A stretch of DNA of 51,555 nt from Octopus bimaculoides (Eukaryota), in contig NC_068982.1 in the NCBI RefSeq assembly GCF_001194135.2, positions 99,237,656 to 99,289,210 of the forward strand. Reading direction: 5' to 3'. Made by a program: the position numbers and the translations under genes. Shown here in pieces: positions 34,725 to 47,603 of the stretch (position 1 is its first letter; every line of letters starts with the position of its first letter). The notes under the pieces were generated by a model. That model searched no databases. It saw nothing but the letters and a program-made list of their open reading frames with translations, and had not been told where the DNA came from.

Positions 34725-34874
34725 ATATACCGAAGTTCAGAAATAGCAGCTAAAAAAGCTGAGAATCCCATAGATAGCACCACTTGTAACTGTTTTTGCC
34801 TTTGTGAGTTACAAGTGATGGGATTCTATGGGATTCTCAGCTTTTTTAGCTGCTATTTCTGAACTTCGGTATAT
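34725..34874. repeat. 150-bp hairpin with perfect 50-bp outer stem
   Basis: 34725-34774 is the exact reverse complement of 34825-34874. Inner stem cacttgtaact/agttacaagtg with a 15-nt loop. One arm recurs at 38939-38990. Confidence 0.95.
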
Positions 34875-34920
34875 NNNNNNNNNNNNNNNNNNNNNNNNNN
34901 NNNNNNNNNNNNNNNNNNNN

Positions 34921-34982
<62 letters not shown>

Positions 34983-36002
34983 GCACATGCAAACATGGAC
35001 TTGCACACACAATATATGTATGTACTTTTATATATATGTATGTCATTATTCAGTTTTATTTCATCTGTGTATGTATTAGTCAACTGGAGACAGTAAAACG
35101 TTTTGTCTGGTGTATTACTGTCTTGGCTATCTTCACCAACTTCAATATTGATATATAGATCTTATCACTACACTCTTTCTAGCCACTGGACATGACCAAC
35201 ACCTAATTACAATTTAGATTTATTCTTATCAATTCTATATTACTCTGAACATGTAGTATGAATTTCTCAAAGTATTAACATAACCTTGAATGTATTCCAC
35301 AAAGTTATCTTCTGGTATTATCATGGATCCATTTATGCATTTATGGCTATTGGTTGTATATGATAGATATCAATAGAAAAAAAATAATGATCCCGTGGTA
35401 CTTGTGAAAACTACATCAGGGGAAAAAAATTATTGTATGCATATGCTAGCAATAGTCTCCTTGTTGGTAGCTGGTTTATTGATCCAGTATATCGTATGTT
35501 GAAACAATAAGCAAGCATCATAAATGCAGATCACTGGATAACACATTGAATTCTTTCAACTAATGGCTCAATGCTTTGTTATGGAGTATAATGCTGTGGA
35601 AAAGATGGGAAGCCAACCATTTAGCTTCTGTACTTTAGCACTGCTGACAGAATCAAAGTTTTTAAATAGGTTACATTGTAAATTACATTTAATTACATGA
35701 CTGGTAATGTTACTGATACAGTTTTCAGTAAATAGTGTTATCATAGATTAGCACAAGGCAACAAGTGAAAGGAAAGCGGATTAGTTAACTGATAGAATCA
35801 ATATATAGCTGGTACTGATTTTCTTGATCCAGTGGGATTTAAACTGAGGCTGGTGAAGCATAAAACTAACTATATAGTGTTGTTATGAGGTTTGAAGGTG
35901 CCATACAGTGGATTTAGTCTCACTATATGGCATCTTGGGTAAGTGTACATACATACATACATACATACACACACACATACATATATATATATATAAAAAT
36001 AA

Positions 36003-36042
<40 letters not shown>

Positions 36043-36278
36043 NNNNNNNNNNNNNNNNNNNNNNNNNNNNNNNNNNNNNNNNNNNNNNNNNNNNNNNNNN
36101 NNNNNNNNNNNNNNNNNNNNNNNNNNNNNNNNNNNNNNNNNNNNNNNNNNNNNNNNNNNNNNNNNNNNNNNNNNNNNNNNNNNNNNNNNNNNNNNNNNNN
36201 NNNNNNNNNNNNNNNNNNNNNNNNNNNNNNNNNNNNNNNNNNNNNNNNNNNNNNNNNNNNNNNNNNNNNNNNNNNNNN

Positions 36279-36479
36279 CTCTGGGTTAACGGTTATTTTT
36301 CAAAAGAATTTCCGGTAGTTGGATAACAGAAGAGATGTTGGAGTGGACCCCCCCAACCTGGCATCCGAAACTCAGAGTTTTATCATGGCTACTGAATAAG
36401 TGTCACATATTTTTACAGATAAGTTCCTCTATTTGCATAATATTGAGGTCTCTTTCTTTCTTTTGTTGCCATTCCTGTC

Positions 36480-36510
<31 letters not shown>

Positions 36511-36620
36511 AATTGACCACTAAATCCACAAGTTTTCTTTATTCTCCCTCTGTTTATTTCCTCATGTTCCTTTCTGTTGAAGAGTGTAGGCTCGAAACGT
36601 AAACGACTTTCTCACCTTCC
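36279..36620 (+). mobile_element. Possible Penelope-like element 3' end with hammerhead-like motif
   Basis: CTGTTGA-A-GAG(tgtagg)CTC-GAAACG at 36574-36599 parallels minimal PLE hammerheads. The upstream frame SGLTVIFQKNFR.LDNRRDV weakly resembles a GIY-YIG C-terminus. Confidence 0.45.
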
Positions 36621-37231
36621 CATAAATGAATTTCTATGAGATAAATTCTTATGAATAACAGAGATGTACTTGTTCTGGCAAGTGATTTGATCTGAGATTA
36701 TGTGTTGAAGGTACATATTAGCCATTCAAAAACAAACAAAATCAATGACTTCACTTAATCATTTATTATTTGGTGCTAAATTTCTCTCGCACCAATTACA
36801 ACCTGGTCACTGATGCAGTTCCACAACATCTGGTTTGGATCAAGGTTGTGGTTAGCATATGTAGGTTTCTGGGTTATATAAATATAATTTTATCTGATTG
36901 TCATTATATGGTGATAGGAGTTGGTCAGTTAACAAAACAACGACAATCAGAAATACTGTCCTATTTTGATAAAATTATATCTATAACCCTGAACCTATAC
37001 ATGCCAACCATGCCAACCAACAACCTCCTTCCAAACCAAATGTAGTGGAACTGTATCAGTGACCAGGTCACAATTGGTGCAACAAACTTTTGACACCAAA
37101 AATAAATATCTAAGTGAAGTTAACAGTCTTTGTATGTTTTTGACTGGCTAACATGTATCTTCCATGCTGTAATTGTCTTATGAATGAAACATCCTTTAAT
37201 TATTGCAATAACAAATGGTTACAGTTTCTGA

Positions 37232-37616
37232 GTGGAGGCGCAATGGCCCAGTGGTTAGGGCAGCGGACTCGCGGTCATAGGAACGCAGTTTTGATTCCCA
37301 GACCGGGCGTTGTGAGTGTTTATTGAGCGAAAACACCTAAAGCTCCACGAGGCTCCGGCAGGGGATGGTGGTGAACCCTGCTGTACTCTTCCACCACAGC
37401 TTTCTCTCACTCTTACTTCTTGTTTCTGTTGTGCCTGTAATTCAAAGGGTTAGCCTTGTCACACTGTGTCACACTGAATATCCCCGAGAACTACATTAAG
37501 GGTACACGTGTCTGTGGAGTGCTCAGCCACTTGCATGTTAATTTCACGAGCAGACTGTTCCGTTGATCAGATCAACTGGAACCCTCGACTTCGTAAGCGA
37601 TGGAGTGCCAACAACA
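37232..37616 (+). mobile_element. Full-length family-X SINE
   Basis: Closely similar to 3581-3972. TSD with 1 mismatch: acagtttctga at 37221-31 and acagtttcaga at 37617-27. Confidence 0.95.
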
Positions 37617-38154
37617 ACAGTTTCAGAGGAGCAGGCTCAGAGAACTAAAATGGTGACAAATAAACGTCTTCATGAAATCAAGATATGATAAAATTAAATT
37701 GATATGAGACAAAGAAGAAATATCTATGAAATTAAATTTGTTGAATTTAATCTTATGACAAAAGGTTCTTGCATCAGTTGTCTTTTTTCCTTATAGAAAA
37801 AAATAGCATGGCGTTAGTACAATGACGAGGATTATCATTATCGTCCTCATCATCACCTCCTCCTCTGCCACAACTACCATCACTGCTGCCACCACCACCG
37901 CCACCACCACTGCCACCGCCACCACCACCGACATGCATACATACATACATACATACATACATACATGCATACATACATGCATACACACATGCACACACGC
38001 ACACACACATGCACACACGTGTGCACACGCACACACGTGTGCACACGCACACACACACACACACACACACACGTTTATGAATTTGTGTATATATATACTT
38101 TTATGAATTTGTGTAGCAAGATTCCTGATGTGAAATCGTTTGTTGAAACAGATA

Positions 38155-38535
38155 TTGTTGTATTTCAGGATGGTCATTTTTTTTTTTTTTTACCAAATAA
38201 ACACATACACAATATATTTTTTCTTCACTCGTTTATTACTGTTCTTATTCTAACTCATGTCAATTGTCCAGAAATCTTTTGTCACACATCTTTGACCTCT
38301 TCAGCAACACTTTCTGTCTTCGTGTGTGCTTTTGCTCCATTTAGTTCATTTTCAAATAAGTAGAGCAAGAGCACACACGAAGACAGAAAGTGTTGCTGAA
38401 GAGGTCACAGATATGCGACGAAAGATTACTGGACAACAGACATGAGTTAGAACAAGAACAATAATAAATGAGTGAAGAATGACTATATAGTGCATGTGTT
38501 TATTTGGCAAAAGAAAAAAATGACCATCCCTAAAT

Positions 38536-38542
<7 letters not shown>
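38155..38542. mobile_element. Palindromic Tc1/mariner-type MITE (arms about 180 bp, 25-nt loop)
   Basis: TA at 38153-54 and 38543-44. 38155-38337 pairs with 38363-38542. Confidence 0.9.
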
Positions 38543-38582
<40 letters not shown>

Positions 38583-39151
38583 NNNNNNNNNNNNNNNNNN
38601 NNNNNNNNNNNNNNNNNNNNNNNNNNNNNNNNNNNNNNNNNNNNNNNNNNNNNNNNNNNNNNNNNNNNNNNNNNNNNNNNNNNNNNNNNNNNNNNNNNNN
38701 NNNNNNNNNNNNNNNNNNNNNNNNNNNNNNNNNNNNNNNNNNNNNNNNNNNNNNNNNNNNNNNNNNNNNNNNNNNNNNNNNNNNNNNNNNNNNNNNNNNN
38801 NNNNNNNNNNNNNNNNNNNNNNNNNNNNNNNNNNNNNNNNNNNNNNNNNNNNNNNNNNNNNNNNNNNNNNNNNNNNNNNNNNNNNNNNNNNNNNNNNNNN
38901 NNNNNNNNNNNNNNNNNNNNNNNNNNNNNNNNNNNNGATGCTATCTGTGAGATTCTCAGCTTTTTTAGCTGCTATTTTTCTGAACTTTTGAATAAGTTCT
39001 CCACCAATAATGGTGTTTTCATACCAATGGGCTTGGTAAAAATTATTAATTATTAATTGATTTATTAATTAATAAATTGATAATCCTTTACCCTTTTAAA
39101 TTGTAATAATTATATTTATATATATATATTGTTGTATATATATATATATAT

Positions 39152-39519
39152 AGGCACAGGAGTGGCTGTGTGGTAAGTAGCTGGCTTACCAACCACATGG
39201 TTCTGGGTTCAATCCCACTGCGTGGGTGGATTTGGTAGACTGAAACTGAAAGAAATCTGTCGTATATATGTATATATATGTGTATATATATGTGTGTGAA
39301 TATTTGTGTGTCTGTGTTTGTCGCCACAACATCACTTGACAACTGATGGTGGTGTGTTTATGTCCCCGTAACTTATCGGTTCAGCAAAAGAGCCCGATAG
39401 AATAAGTACTAGGCTTCCAAAGAATAAGTCCTGGGGTCGATTTGCTCGACTAAAGGTGGTGCTCTAGAATGGCCGCAGTCAAATGACTGAAACAAATAAA
39501 AGAGTAAAAGAGTAAAGAG
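39152..39519 (+). mobile_element. Family-A SINE with small internal deletion
   Basis: Head aggcacaggagtggctgtgtgg. It lacks the accttgggcaag..ccttgtga centre and ends in a (gagtaaaa) tail. Confidence 0.92.
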
Positions 39520-41879
39520 TATTTATATACATATATATNNNNNNNNNNNNNNNNNNNNNNNNNNNNNNNNNNNNNNNNNNNNNNNNNNNNNNNNNNNNNN
39601 NNNNNNNNNNNNNNNNNNNNNNNNNNNNNNNNNNNNNNNNNNNNNNNNNNNNNNNNNNNNNNNNNNNNNNNNNNNNNNNNNNNNNNNNNNNNNNNNNNNN
39701 NNNNNNNNNNNNNNNNNNNNNNNNNNNNNNNNNNNNNNNNNNNNNNNNNNNNNNNNNNNNNNNNNNNNNNNNNNNNNNNNNNNNNNNNNNNNNNNNNNNN
39801 NNNNNNNNNNNNNNNNNNNNNNNNNNNNNNNNNNNNNNNNNNNNNNNNNNNNNNNNNNNNNNNNNNNNNNNNNNNNNNNNNNNNNNNNNNNNNNNNNNNN
39901 NNNNNNNNNNNNNNNNNNNNNNNNNNNNNNNNNNNNNNNNNNNNNNNNNNNNNNNNNNNNNNNNNNNNNNNNNNNNNNNNNNNNNNNNNNNNNNNNNNNN
40001 NNNNNNNNNNNNNNNNNNNNNNNNNNNNNNNNNNNNNNNNNNNNNNNNNNNNNNNNNNNNNNNNNNNNNNNNNNNNNNNNNNNNNNNNNNNNNNNNNNNN
40101 NNNNNNNNNNNNNNNNNNNNNNNNNNNNNNNNNNNNNNNNNNNNNNNNNNNNNNNNNNNNNNNNNNNNNNNNNNNNNNNNNNNNNNNNNNNNNNNNNNNN
40201 NNNNNNNNNNNNNNNNNNNNNNNNNNNNNNNNNNNNNATCCCCCCCCCACCATCATAACCAAGGCCGATCCACCAGCATCAAGATAACCACCACCATCAT
40301 CACCAAAACCATTACTATAATTCTTGAGAACACCATCATTATCAGGACAATGACCAAACAGCAACAACTTCTACACCATAAACTAATACACAAATATAAT
40401 CTCTGTTTACTATGACCTTCTCTGTGTGTCAAATCTCTCAACTCATCCTAGTTGATGATGTATCATATTGTTTGGATTTCCAAGCATTTATTAATTGTAC
40501 AGACATCAATTCTATATTTCCTGCTATTAATATTTGATTGGTAATCCTTGCTGATATTTGCAATCTATCCTAAACGTCTATCTGATGATGTCACTGCTAC
40601 TGTTGTGGTTGGGAGAAGTTTTCGAGAAATAAAGAGAGAAAGAGAAAGAGGGATGGAATTTTGGGGTGTGTGAATGGTTATATGTATGTGCATGTGAATG
40701 TGTGTGTGTGTGTGAAATATAATGCATTTTATTTGTGTGGTGTTGTGTAGCATAAAAGTATTGTGTTAGAGTGTAGATATGTAGGATTGTCATGTCATAT
40801 ACAATGTTGTGTTATAATATAGTTGTCATTGTTTACCTCCAAGTAGGCCCAGATTGAGTAAACTTAATGATGAAAGGCATTCTATCCAGAGCCCAGAACC
40901 ATCTTATCTTTTTCTCAGTATTTTCTAATACGGCCATTTAAAAGAAAAAAAATTTTTTAATGATGTGATGTCTTGAAGGAAATTTGGCTGCTATCTCTAG
41001 TTCTATCATTAGCTCATGTAGTCACGCAGTTGTAGTTGTTACTAAGTAGCCCTACTTAACTCTGCTTGAAGAGCCCTAATATGGAGAAGTAGCTGATAAA
41101 AAAACCCAATTAATAGGTATTCTAGCTGCTATCATATCTTCAACGTGGGTATGCTTTCTTACTTTAACACTTTAAAAACTTGTGGCCCTTACTTAAAAAG
41201 AAAAACAAAAAGCAAAAGCAAAAGGCTCCCCACCTCCACTCTGTAGATAGTTTGCTGAAAGAGATTTGATAATTGTATTGATCAGACTGGATAGTTATAT
41301 AAAATGATTAAAGCAGTGTAAAGGAGTTATAATACTTTCATACTTAATTTTTGATTCGATGCTGCAACTTATTCAAAAGTATCCAACTATTCAAATAATA
41401 ACTATTTGATTTCTTCTTTTCAAAATATTTGGTTCTTTGATCAAGTACCATAAGTAGTATTGCTTCACTGACTTCTACTGTTACAGCAAAATTTTGGTCT
41501 TTTTCTTTGAATGATATGTGAACTCAGTTTTTGAGATTAAAGAGTTTACTAAATGAGAGTTCAATTTGTGTTCTAGCTCATAGTCTACGCATCTTCCTTC
41601 TCATTTAACTTTCATTGTTGAAGATGACCAAGACTTAGGTGAACGACACAGTTCAAACTCTAGTACGCAGTTCAAACTCTAGTATGTAGTTCAAACTCTG
41701 ATTCAATCAATCCAAGAATTGCTTGACTAACTCAGACTGCTGTGTCTACTACTGCTCAATAAATTGAAATATTTATTATTTTAAATTGTTTTTTTTTTTC
41801 TTAAATAATACTTTGTAAACTTACTTCTTTGAAATGAGGGTTTGTTATATGTGAGTTCCATCTGCTTTCTTGGCCACAG

Positions 41880-42240
41880 TTTAAGCTTTTTGATATCAAC
41901 TCACCTGAGACTGCCCCTAGTTCAATAATACAATTTTCCTTTTTTAAGTGATCTAAATTAAATCCATCCATCAAAATTTCATATTAATATATGTTCCAAA
42001 ACCCAGCTTGATAATGTTGTTGTTATAGTTGGTGGTGGTGCTGCTGCTACTGCTGTTGGTGGAGGTGGTAGAAACAGTGGCAGTGGAGATGCAGGAAGAA
42101 GAAGAAGAAGAAGAAGAAGAAGAAGAAGAAGAAGAAGAAGAAGAAGAAGAAGAAGAAGAGTAATTTTATTAAATTCTTCATATTTTCAAAATTAATTGAA
42201 ATAAAGATTCCATGTTTCAGTAGAGATAGGTGAACGAAAG
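41880..42240. mobile_element. Family-D MITE interrupted by GGT/GAA repeats
   Basis: Homologous to 8034-8249 on both sides of the repeats at 42015-42160. Confidence 0.55.
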
Positions 42241-42401
42241 CATTATGAATCTTGGTGCAAATTAGAAATAAAAAAAAAAAGAAATGGAACTAAATGTTTA
42301 ATGAAAATTATTTATTTAGTTAATATAGGGAGAAAGAGGGAATTAATCTCAGCCTTAAATGGTATACTAGTTTCTAGTTAGTTTTATGACTGACTACTCA
42401 T

Positions 42402-42615
42402 CTTTTACTTGTTTCAGTCATTAGATTAGACTGCAGCCATACTAGGGCACCATGTTGAAGAATTTTTAGTTGAATGAGTTGAACCCAACACTTCTTGTTT
42501 GTTTTTTTTAAGGCTTGGTACTTATTCTATTGGTCTATGTTGCTGAACTGCTAATTTACAGGGGGCATAAACATACCAACACCAGTTGTCAAGCAGTGAC
42601 ATGGGACAAACACAG
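42402..42615 (-). mobile_element. Family-A SINE 3' half
   Basis: Homologous to 17524-17735. Confidence 0.85.
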
Positions 42616-43741
42616 GCACGGACTCCCCAAGCTCGCACATACTTCTTTGCCCCTCCTGTTCGTGCTTCACAGCATTCAATACATACACACTTCACGTCTG
42701 GCTGTACAGTCTTTTTGTTTGTTTATTTCACCGTTTCGTTTTCCTGTCTTGTTTTCTGTTTACCCTCCACGAAAAAAATTTAATTTGTTTTCGTGGGAAG
42801 AACCATTTTAACGATGCATACTGCCTTAATTCTTCCAAACGCCGGGGTTTTAATGGTGGCAGCTGATGAAGGAGATGTTTCTATGTGGCCTGCTTGTTTG
42901 TTGTACCTTGTTTATCATTTTGTCCATGTTCTTTTGCCACGTCATGTACCCAGTTATGTATCTATATGTACATGTGGATGAAGATATGTACATACATGTA
43001 CATANNNNNNNNNNNNNNNNNNNNNNNNNNNNNNNNNNNNNNNNNNNNNNNNNNNNNNNNNNNNNNNNNNNNNNNNNNNNNNNNNNNNNNNNNNNNNNNN
43101 NNNNNNNNNNNNNNNNNNNNNNNNNNNNNNNNNNNNNNNNNNNNNNNNNNNNNNNNNNNNNNNNNNNNNNNNNNNNNNNNNNNNNNNNNNNNNNNNNNNN
43201 NNNNNNNNNNNNNNNNNNNNNNNNNNNNNNNNNNNNNNNNNNNNNNNNNNNNNNNNNNNNNNNNNNNNNNNNNNNNNNNNNNNNNNNNNNNNNNNNNNNN
43301 NNNNNNNNNNNNNNNNNNNNNNNNNNNNNNNNNNNNNNNNNNNNNNNNNNNNNNNNNNNNNNNNNNNNNNNNNNNNNNNNNNNNNNNNNNNNNNNNNNNN
43401 NNNNNNNNNNNNNNNNNNNNNNNNNNNNNNNNNNNNNNNNNNNNNNNNNNNNNNNNNNNNNNNNNNNNNNNNNNNNNNNNNNNNNNNNNNNNNNNNNNNN
43501 NNNNNNNNNNNNNNNNNNNNNNNNNNNNNNNNNNNNNNNNNNNNNNNNNNNNNNNNNNNNNNNNNNNNNNNNNNNNNNNNNNNNNNNNNNNNNNNNNNNN
43601 NNNNNNNNNNNNNNNNNNNNNNNNNNNNNNNNNNNNNNNNNNNNNNNNNNNNNNNNNNNNNNNNNNNNNNNNNNNNNNNNNNNNNNNNNNNNNNNNNNNN
43701 NNNNNNNNNNNNNNNNNNNNNNNNNNNNNNNNNNNNNNNNN

Positions 43742-43787
<46 letters not shown>

Positions 43788-43789
43788 AT

Positions 43790-43945
43790 GGGCTTCTTTT
43801 AGTTTCAATCTACTAAATCTACTCACAAAGCTTTGGTCAGCCTGAGGCTATAGCAAAAGACTTATGCCCAAGGTGTCACACTGTGGGACTGAACCCGGGA
43901 CCATGTAGTTGAAATGCAAGCCTCTTCCCACACTGCTACATCTGC
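43790..43945 (-). mobile_element. Family-A SINE 5' half
   Basis: Homologous to 17775-17935. Confidence 0.85.
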
Positions 43946-44556
43946 ATCTATATGCTGATTTTTTGTTGTTGTTACTTGATATTCAGTCAGCTGGCTTGCT
44001 GAGGATACAATACAATGATGGTAATACTAGCAACTATTACATTTCAGTATCAGTAATGCTATTACCATCAGACACATCCATTACCACGTTTCTATATTCT
44101 ATTATCACTTCACCATAGATACCAGTACAACCATCACAGAAACTATAGTTATCACTATTGTACTACAACCAGGACTGCTCAACTACAGATGCCACCACAG
44201 CCGTTAGTCTCCCATACAATCATCACTACAGATCAGAGATCACAGAAGTAAGTAGAATGTTCAATACCACATCTAAGTCACACTGATATGAACTCAGTTC
44301 TCTATAAGCTGTAAGACCAACTCCTTGTCCACACAGATATCGCAGTACTTCAGTTGTGCAGTGCATACTGTAATATACTGGTTTGATACTCAATGATGCA
44401 GGAGAGTTGAAAGGTTATTGATAGAAGATGGCAGGAAGCATATTTTCTCAGGTTATGTACTTTAAAGAATTGCTGTAAAAAAAGGGGGATGAAAGAAAAG
44501 GGGAAAAAAAAGAAAAAAACAAGAGAAAAGCAAAGATAGAAGAATGAAAAGTGAAT

Positions 44557-44605
<49 letters not shown>

Positions 44606-44799
44606 GGAAATGGCTGACTGTTGGCCTGTGAGCAATGACAAGGTCTTCAGTGGTCTCTTTCCAAAGATAAATAGTAGGACTCAGACCACAGCTTATATAT
44701 ACCTGGTGTCTATTGTATTCCTAGTGTGACTGTTGCAAAGTATGAATTAAATGAGAGAAAGGAAAGAAAGGGAGAGGAATAGGGGAGCACTCTTTCTCC

Positions 44800-44915
44800 T
44801 CACCATTCTTCTTCTTCTTCTTCTTCTTCTTCTTCTTCTTCTTCTTCTTCTTCTTCTTCTCCTCCTGCTCCTCCTGCTCCTCCTGCACCTCCTGCACCTC
44901 CTGCACCTCCTGCTC

Positions 44916-44949
<34 letters not shown>

Positions 44950-44981
44950 TCCTCCTCCTCTTCTCCTTCTTGTTCTCCTTC

Positions 44982-45016
<35 letters not shown>

Positions 45017-45069
45017 CTTCTTCTTCTTCTTCTTCTTCTTCTTCCTGCTTCATGCCTCNNNNNNNNNNC

Positions 45070-45103
<34 letters not shown>

Positions 45104-45135
45104 TCCTCCTCCTCTTCTCCTTCTTGTTCTCCTTC

Positions 45136-45170
<35 letters not shown>

Positions 45171-45215
45171 CTTCTTCTTCTTCTTCTTCTTCTTCTTCTT
45201 CCTGCTTCATGCCTC
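44800..45215. repeat. Compound trinucleotide satellite (CTT, CTCCTGCAC, CTG, TTG), duplicated across a gap
   Basis: Seen directly in the sequence. Confidence 0.95.
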
Positions 45216-45274
45216 CTGCCTTCTCCTCTTTCTTCCCCTCCTTCTCTTTTACCTAATGAAAACAAAATTGTAAA

Positions 45275-45275
45275 G

Positions 45276-45315
<40 letters not shown>

Positions 45316-45572
45316 CAAAAACAAAAAGCAAAAACCTAAATGAAAACCACAAAGGCAGCCAAACAAAAACCCATTAACCAAAACCTCTGAAAGTGAATGA
45401 TCTTGTAAGACAGTGATTGTGTCAATGATTGAGGGAAGGTTGTAGAAAGATTAACATCAATAAAGATCACAGTGAAATGGAGGAATAATAAATTAGCTAA
45501 CCAGAATGGTAAATTTGGATAAGTGCCTTGTCTAAAAATATCATATTGCTTTAGCCATTGTGTACACATGCA

Positions 45573-45608
<36 letters not shown>

Positions 45609-46035
45609 CACATACACACATATGCAGACACACATACTTACATGCACACACATATGCGCGCACACACATATGCGCGCACACGTGTACACACACATATGCA
45701 CACACACACATGCACATACTCATGGACACATACACATACACACGCACATGCTAGTGCACACACACACACATGCACATGAATGCACATGCATGCATGCACA
45801 CACATGCATATGCACACACATGCATATGCACACACACACACACCTGCACACACACACACACACACAATGCACACATGTACACACACACATTCACACAAAT
45901 ATAAACATATCTGTATTTCCAAATATACACATGAGTATGTAATCAAACAGAAGTACACACATATGTGCACACACACACATACATGCACACACTCACAAAT
46001 ACACATATACATAGCGGTACACACAAACACACATA
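45275..46035. repeat. Degenerate CA/TGCA-rich microsatellite field
   Basis: Seen directly in the sequence. Confidence 0.92.
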
Positions 46036-46059
46036 GATATATTATAAATATATCCTTTA

Positions 46060-46265
46060 TCTTTTACTTGTTTCAATATAACTGGACTGCAGCCATGCTG
46101 TGGGACTGCTTTGAATGGTTTGCTTGAACAAATTGATCTTAGTACTTCATTTTTTAAAGCCTAATACTTATTCTATTGGTCGCTTTCACTGAACTGCTAA
46201 GTTACAAGTATGTAAACAGACCAACACCAGATGTCAAATGGTGGTGGAAGACACATATAACACAA
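46060..46265 (-). mobile_element. Family-A SINE 3' half
   Basis: Homologous to 17524-17735. Confidence 0.8.
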
Positions 46266-46339
46266 ACACAACACCATCATCATCATCATATGTGTGTATG
46301 TGTGTACCTCAGCCAAGTGGAATCATATGCTATGCTTGA

Positions 46340-46570
46340 GAAGATCTGTGAAGCCAAGTGAGATCATAGTTGTGGCCAATACTGGTATTATGTAACTGGC
46401 ATGTAAAAATCACTCTTGGAGTAGTTGGCATTTGGAAGGGCATTCAGCCATAGAAACTATGCCAAATCTGATGTAGCTCCCCAGCTTACCAGTTTTCAGT
46501 CAAACTATCCAACCCATGCTAGCATGGAAAACAGACGTTAAGTGATGATGGTGAGTGAAGATGATGATTA
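46340..46570 (+). mobile_element. PHD-RTE 3' end
   Basis: Matches caacccatgctagcatggaaaacagacgttaa followed by a GAT tail. Confidence 0.85.
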
Positions 46571-46593
46571 TAATATATATTAACATACATAAG

Positions 46594-46820
46594 GCAGCAA
46601 ACTGACAGAATCATTAGCACATAGAGTGAAATGCTTAGCGGTATTTCGTCTGCTGTTACATTCTGAGTTCAAACTCCACCGAGGTAGACTTTGCCTTTCA
46701 TCCTTTTGGGGTTAAGTAAATAAGTATCAGTTATGCACTGGAGTTGATGTAATCCATTTAATCCCTTTGTCTATCCTTGTTTGTCCCCTCTATGTTTAGC
46801 CCCCTGTGGGCAATAAAGAA
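46594..46820 (+). mobile_element. Family-C SINE carrying the 18058-type polyA-signal tail
   Basis: Head and core as 11500-11660. The tail is ttgtctatccttgtttgtcccctctatgtttagccccctgtgggcaataaaga. Confidence 0.85.
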
Positions 46821-47291
46821 TTGATGAGGCCTATCCAGGCCAGGAATTCTTTCCCACAAGTAGAACATGTAAGAGAAGGTGTGATACTTGGGGTACAGTA
46901 TTTCTGAACAAAAACTTCTTAGCTGTTGTTCTTTTTGCACAGGCAAGATTTTAAAATGAAGTGCCCAGGAATCAATGATGATGTTGAGGTCTTTTAGAGA
47001 TTAAAGTAGTCTTTTGATCTCTTCTTTTTCTCCAAAGCAGTGTATTTAACTAGACAGTTTATAATTGAGGAGTTGCTCTGAGATGCAGTGATCCAACAAC
47101 ATGTAATTAACATGCCCAACTTATCTTCCCTGGGTCTTTTGCACAAGTGTATACAAACTTGAGATGTTGGCTTACTGAAGCACCTCAGTGTTAGAGACTT
47201 TGTCTTGCTAATAGATATAATAGATATGCAGAGACATTTTGTGTGAATGTAGTTGTGTTGTTTTGCATGTCTCCTGTAGTTTATCTCACTG

Positions 47292-47603
47292 ATTCACTGC
47301 ACGTCTAGCAAGGTCATTTACTGCAGCTCCTGCTCTTTTTGCCTTTCTCTGTACATCAGTCAAATGGGATGCTGCTTAGCTGACTGGTTCGTGGAGCACC
47401 TCCAAGACATCAGACTCAGCAATGACACCTTGGTCTCCCGTCATTTCTTCTCTACCGGTCATTCACTACAATAACTGTCTGTGTTCAGACTGTCTTTGCA
47501 CAGGGGCCATCTGGACTCTCGCCTTCGCCATGAACAGGAATTAATCTTCTCTCTTCACTCCTTTGCACCACATGAGCTCAACTACCCTCCTCTCTTCATC
47601 TGA
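47292..47603 (+). pseudogene. Penelope-like element GIY-YIG endonuclease C-terminal domain
   Basis: A single frame reads IHCTSSKVIYCSSCSFCLSLYISQMGCCLADWFVEHLQDIRLSNDTLVSRHFFSTGHSLQ*LSVFRLSLHRGHLDSRLRHEQELIFSLHSFAPHELNYPPLFI*. This fits the PLE pattern CxSxNVIY..CxxC..YIGxTG..RFxEH..VxxHF..H..RxxxEQ.LIF.L....P.GLN. Confidence 0.85.

Noticed and set aside
35240-35350. Minus-strand open stretch HKCINGSMIIPEDNFVEYIQG
   Set aside because: Splice signals are only moderate, there is no recognisable homology and no partner exons were found.
35909-35938. 30-bp + strand exon before gtaagt
   Set aside because: The acceptor lacks a polypyrimidine tract.
41649-41700. 19-bp unit x2.7, also a 33-bp unit near 5050-5130 and a 19-bp IR at 48010-48107
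   Set aside because: These are short local repeats with no evidence of function or family.
44915-45215. Apparent 140-bp tandem duplication
   Set aside because: Identical sequence lies on both sides of a 10-N gap, most likely unmerged overlapping contig ends.
44721-45377. Poly-E/Q/K or poly-L ORFs
   Set aside because: This is a compound trinucleotide satellite open in several frames, with no unique sequence or splice support.
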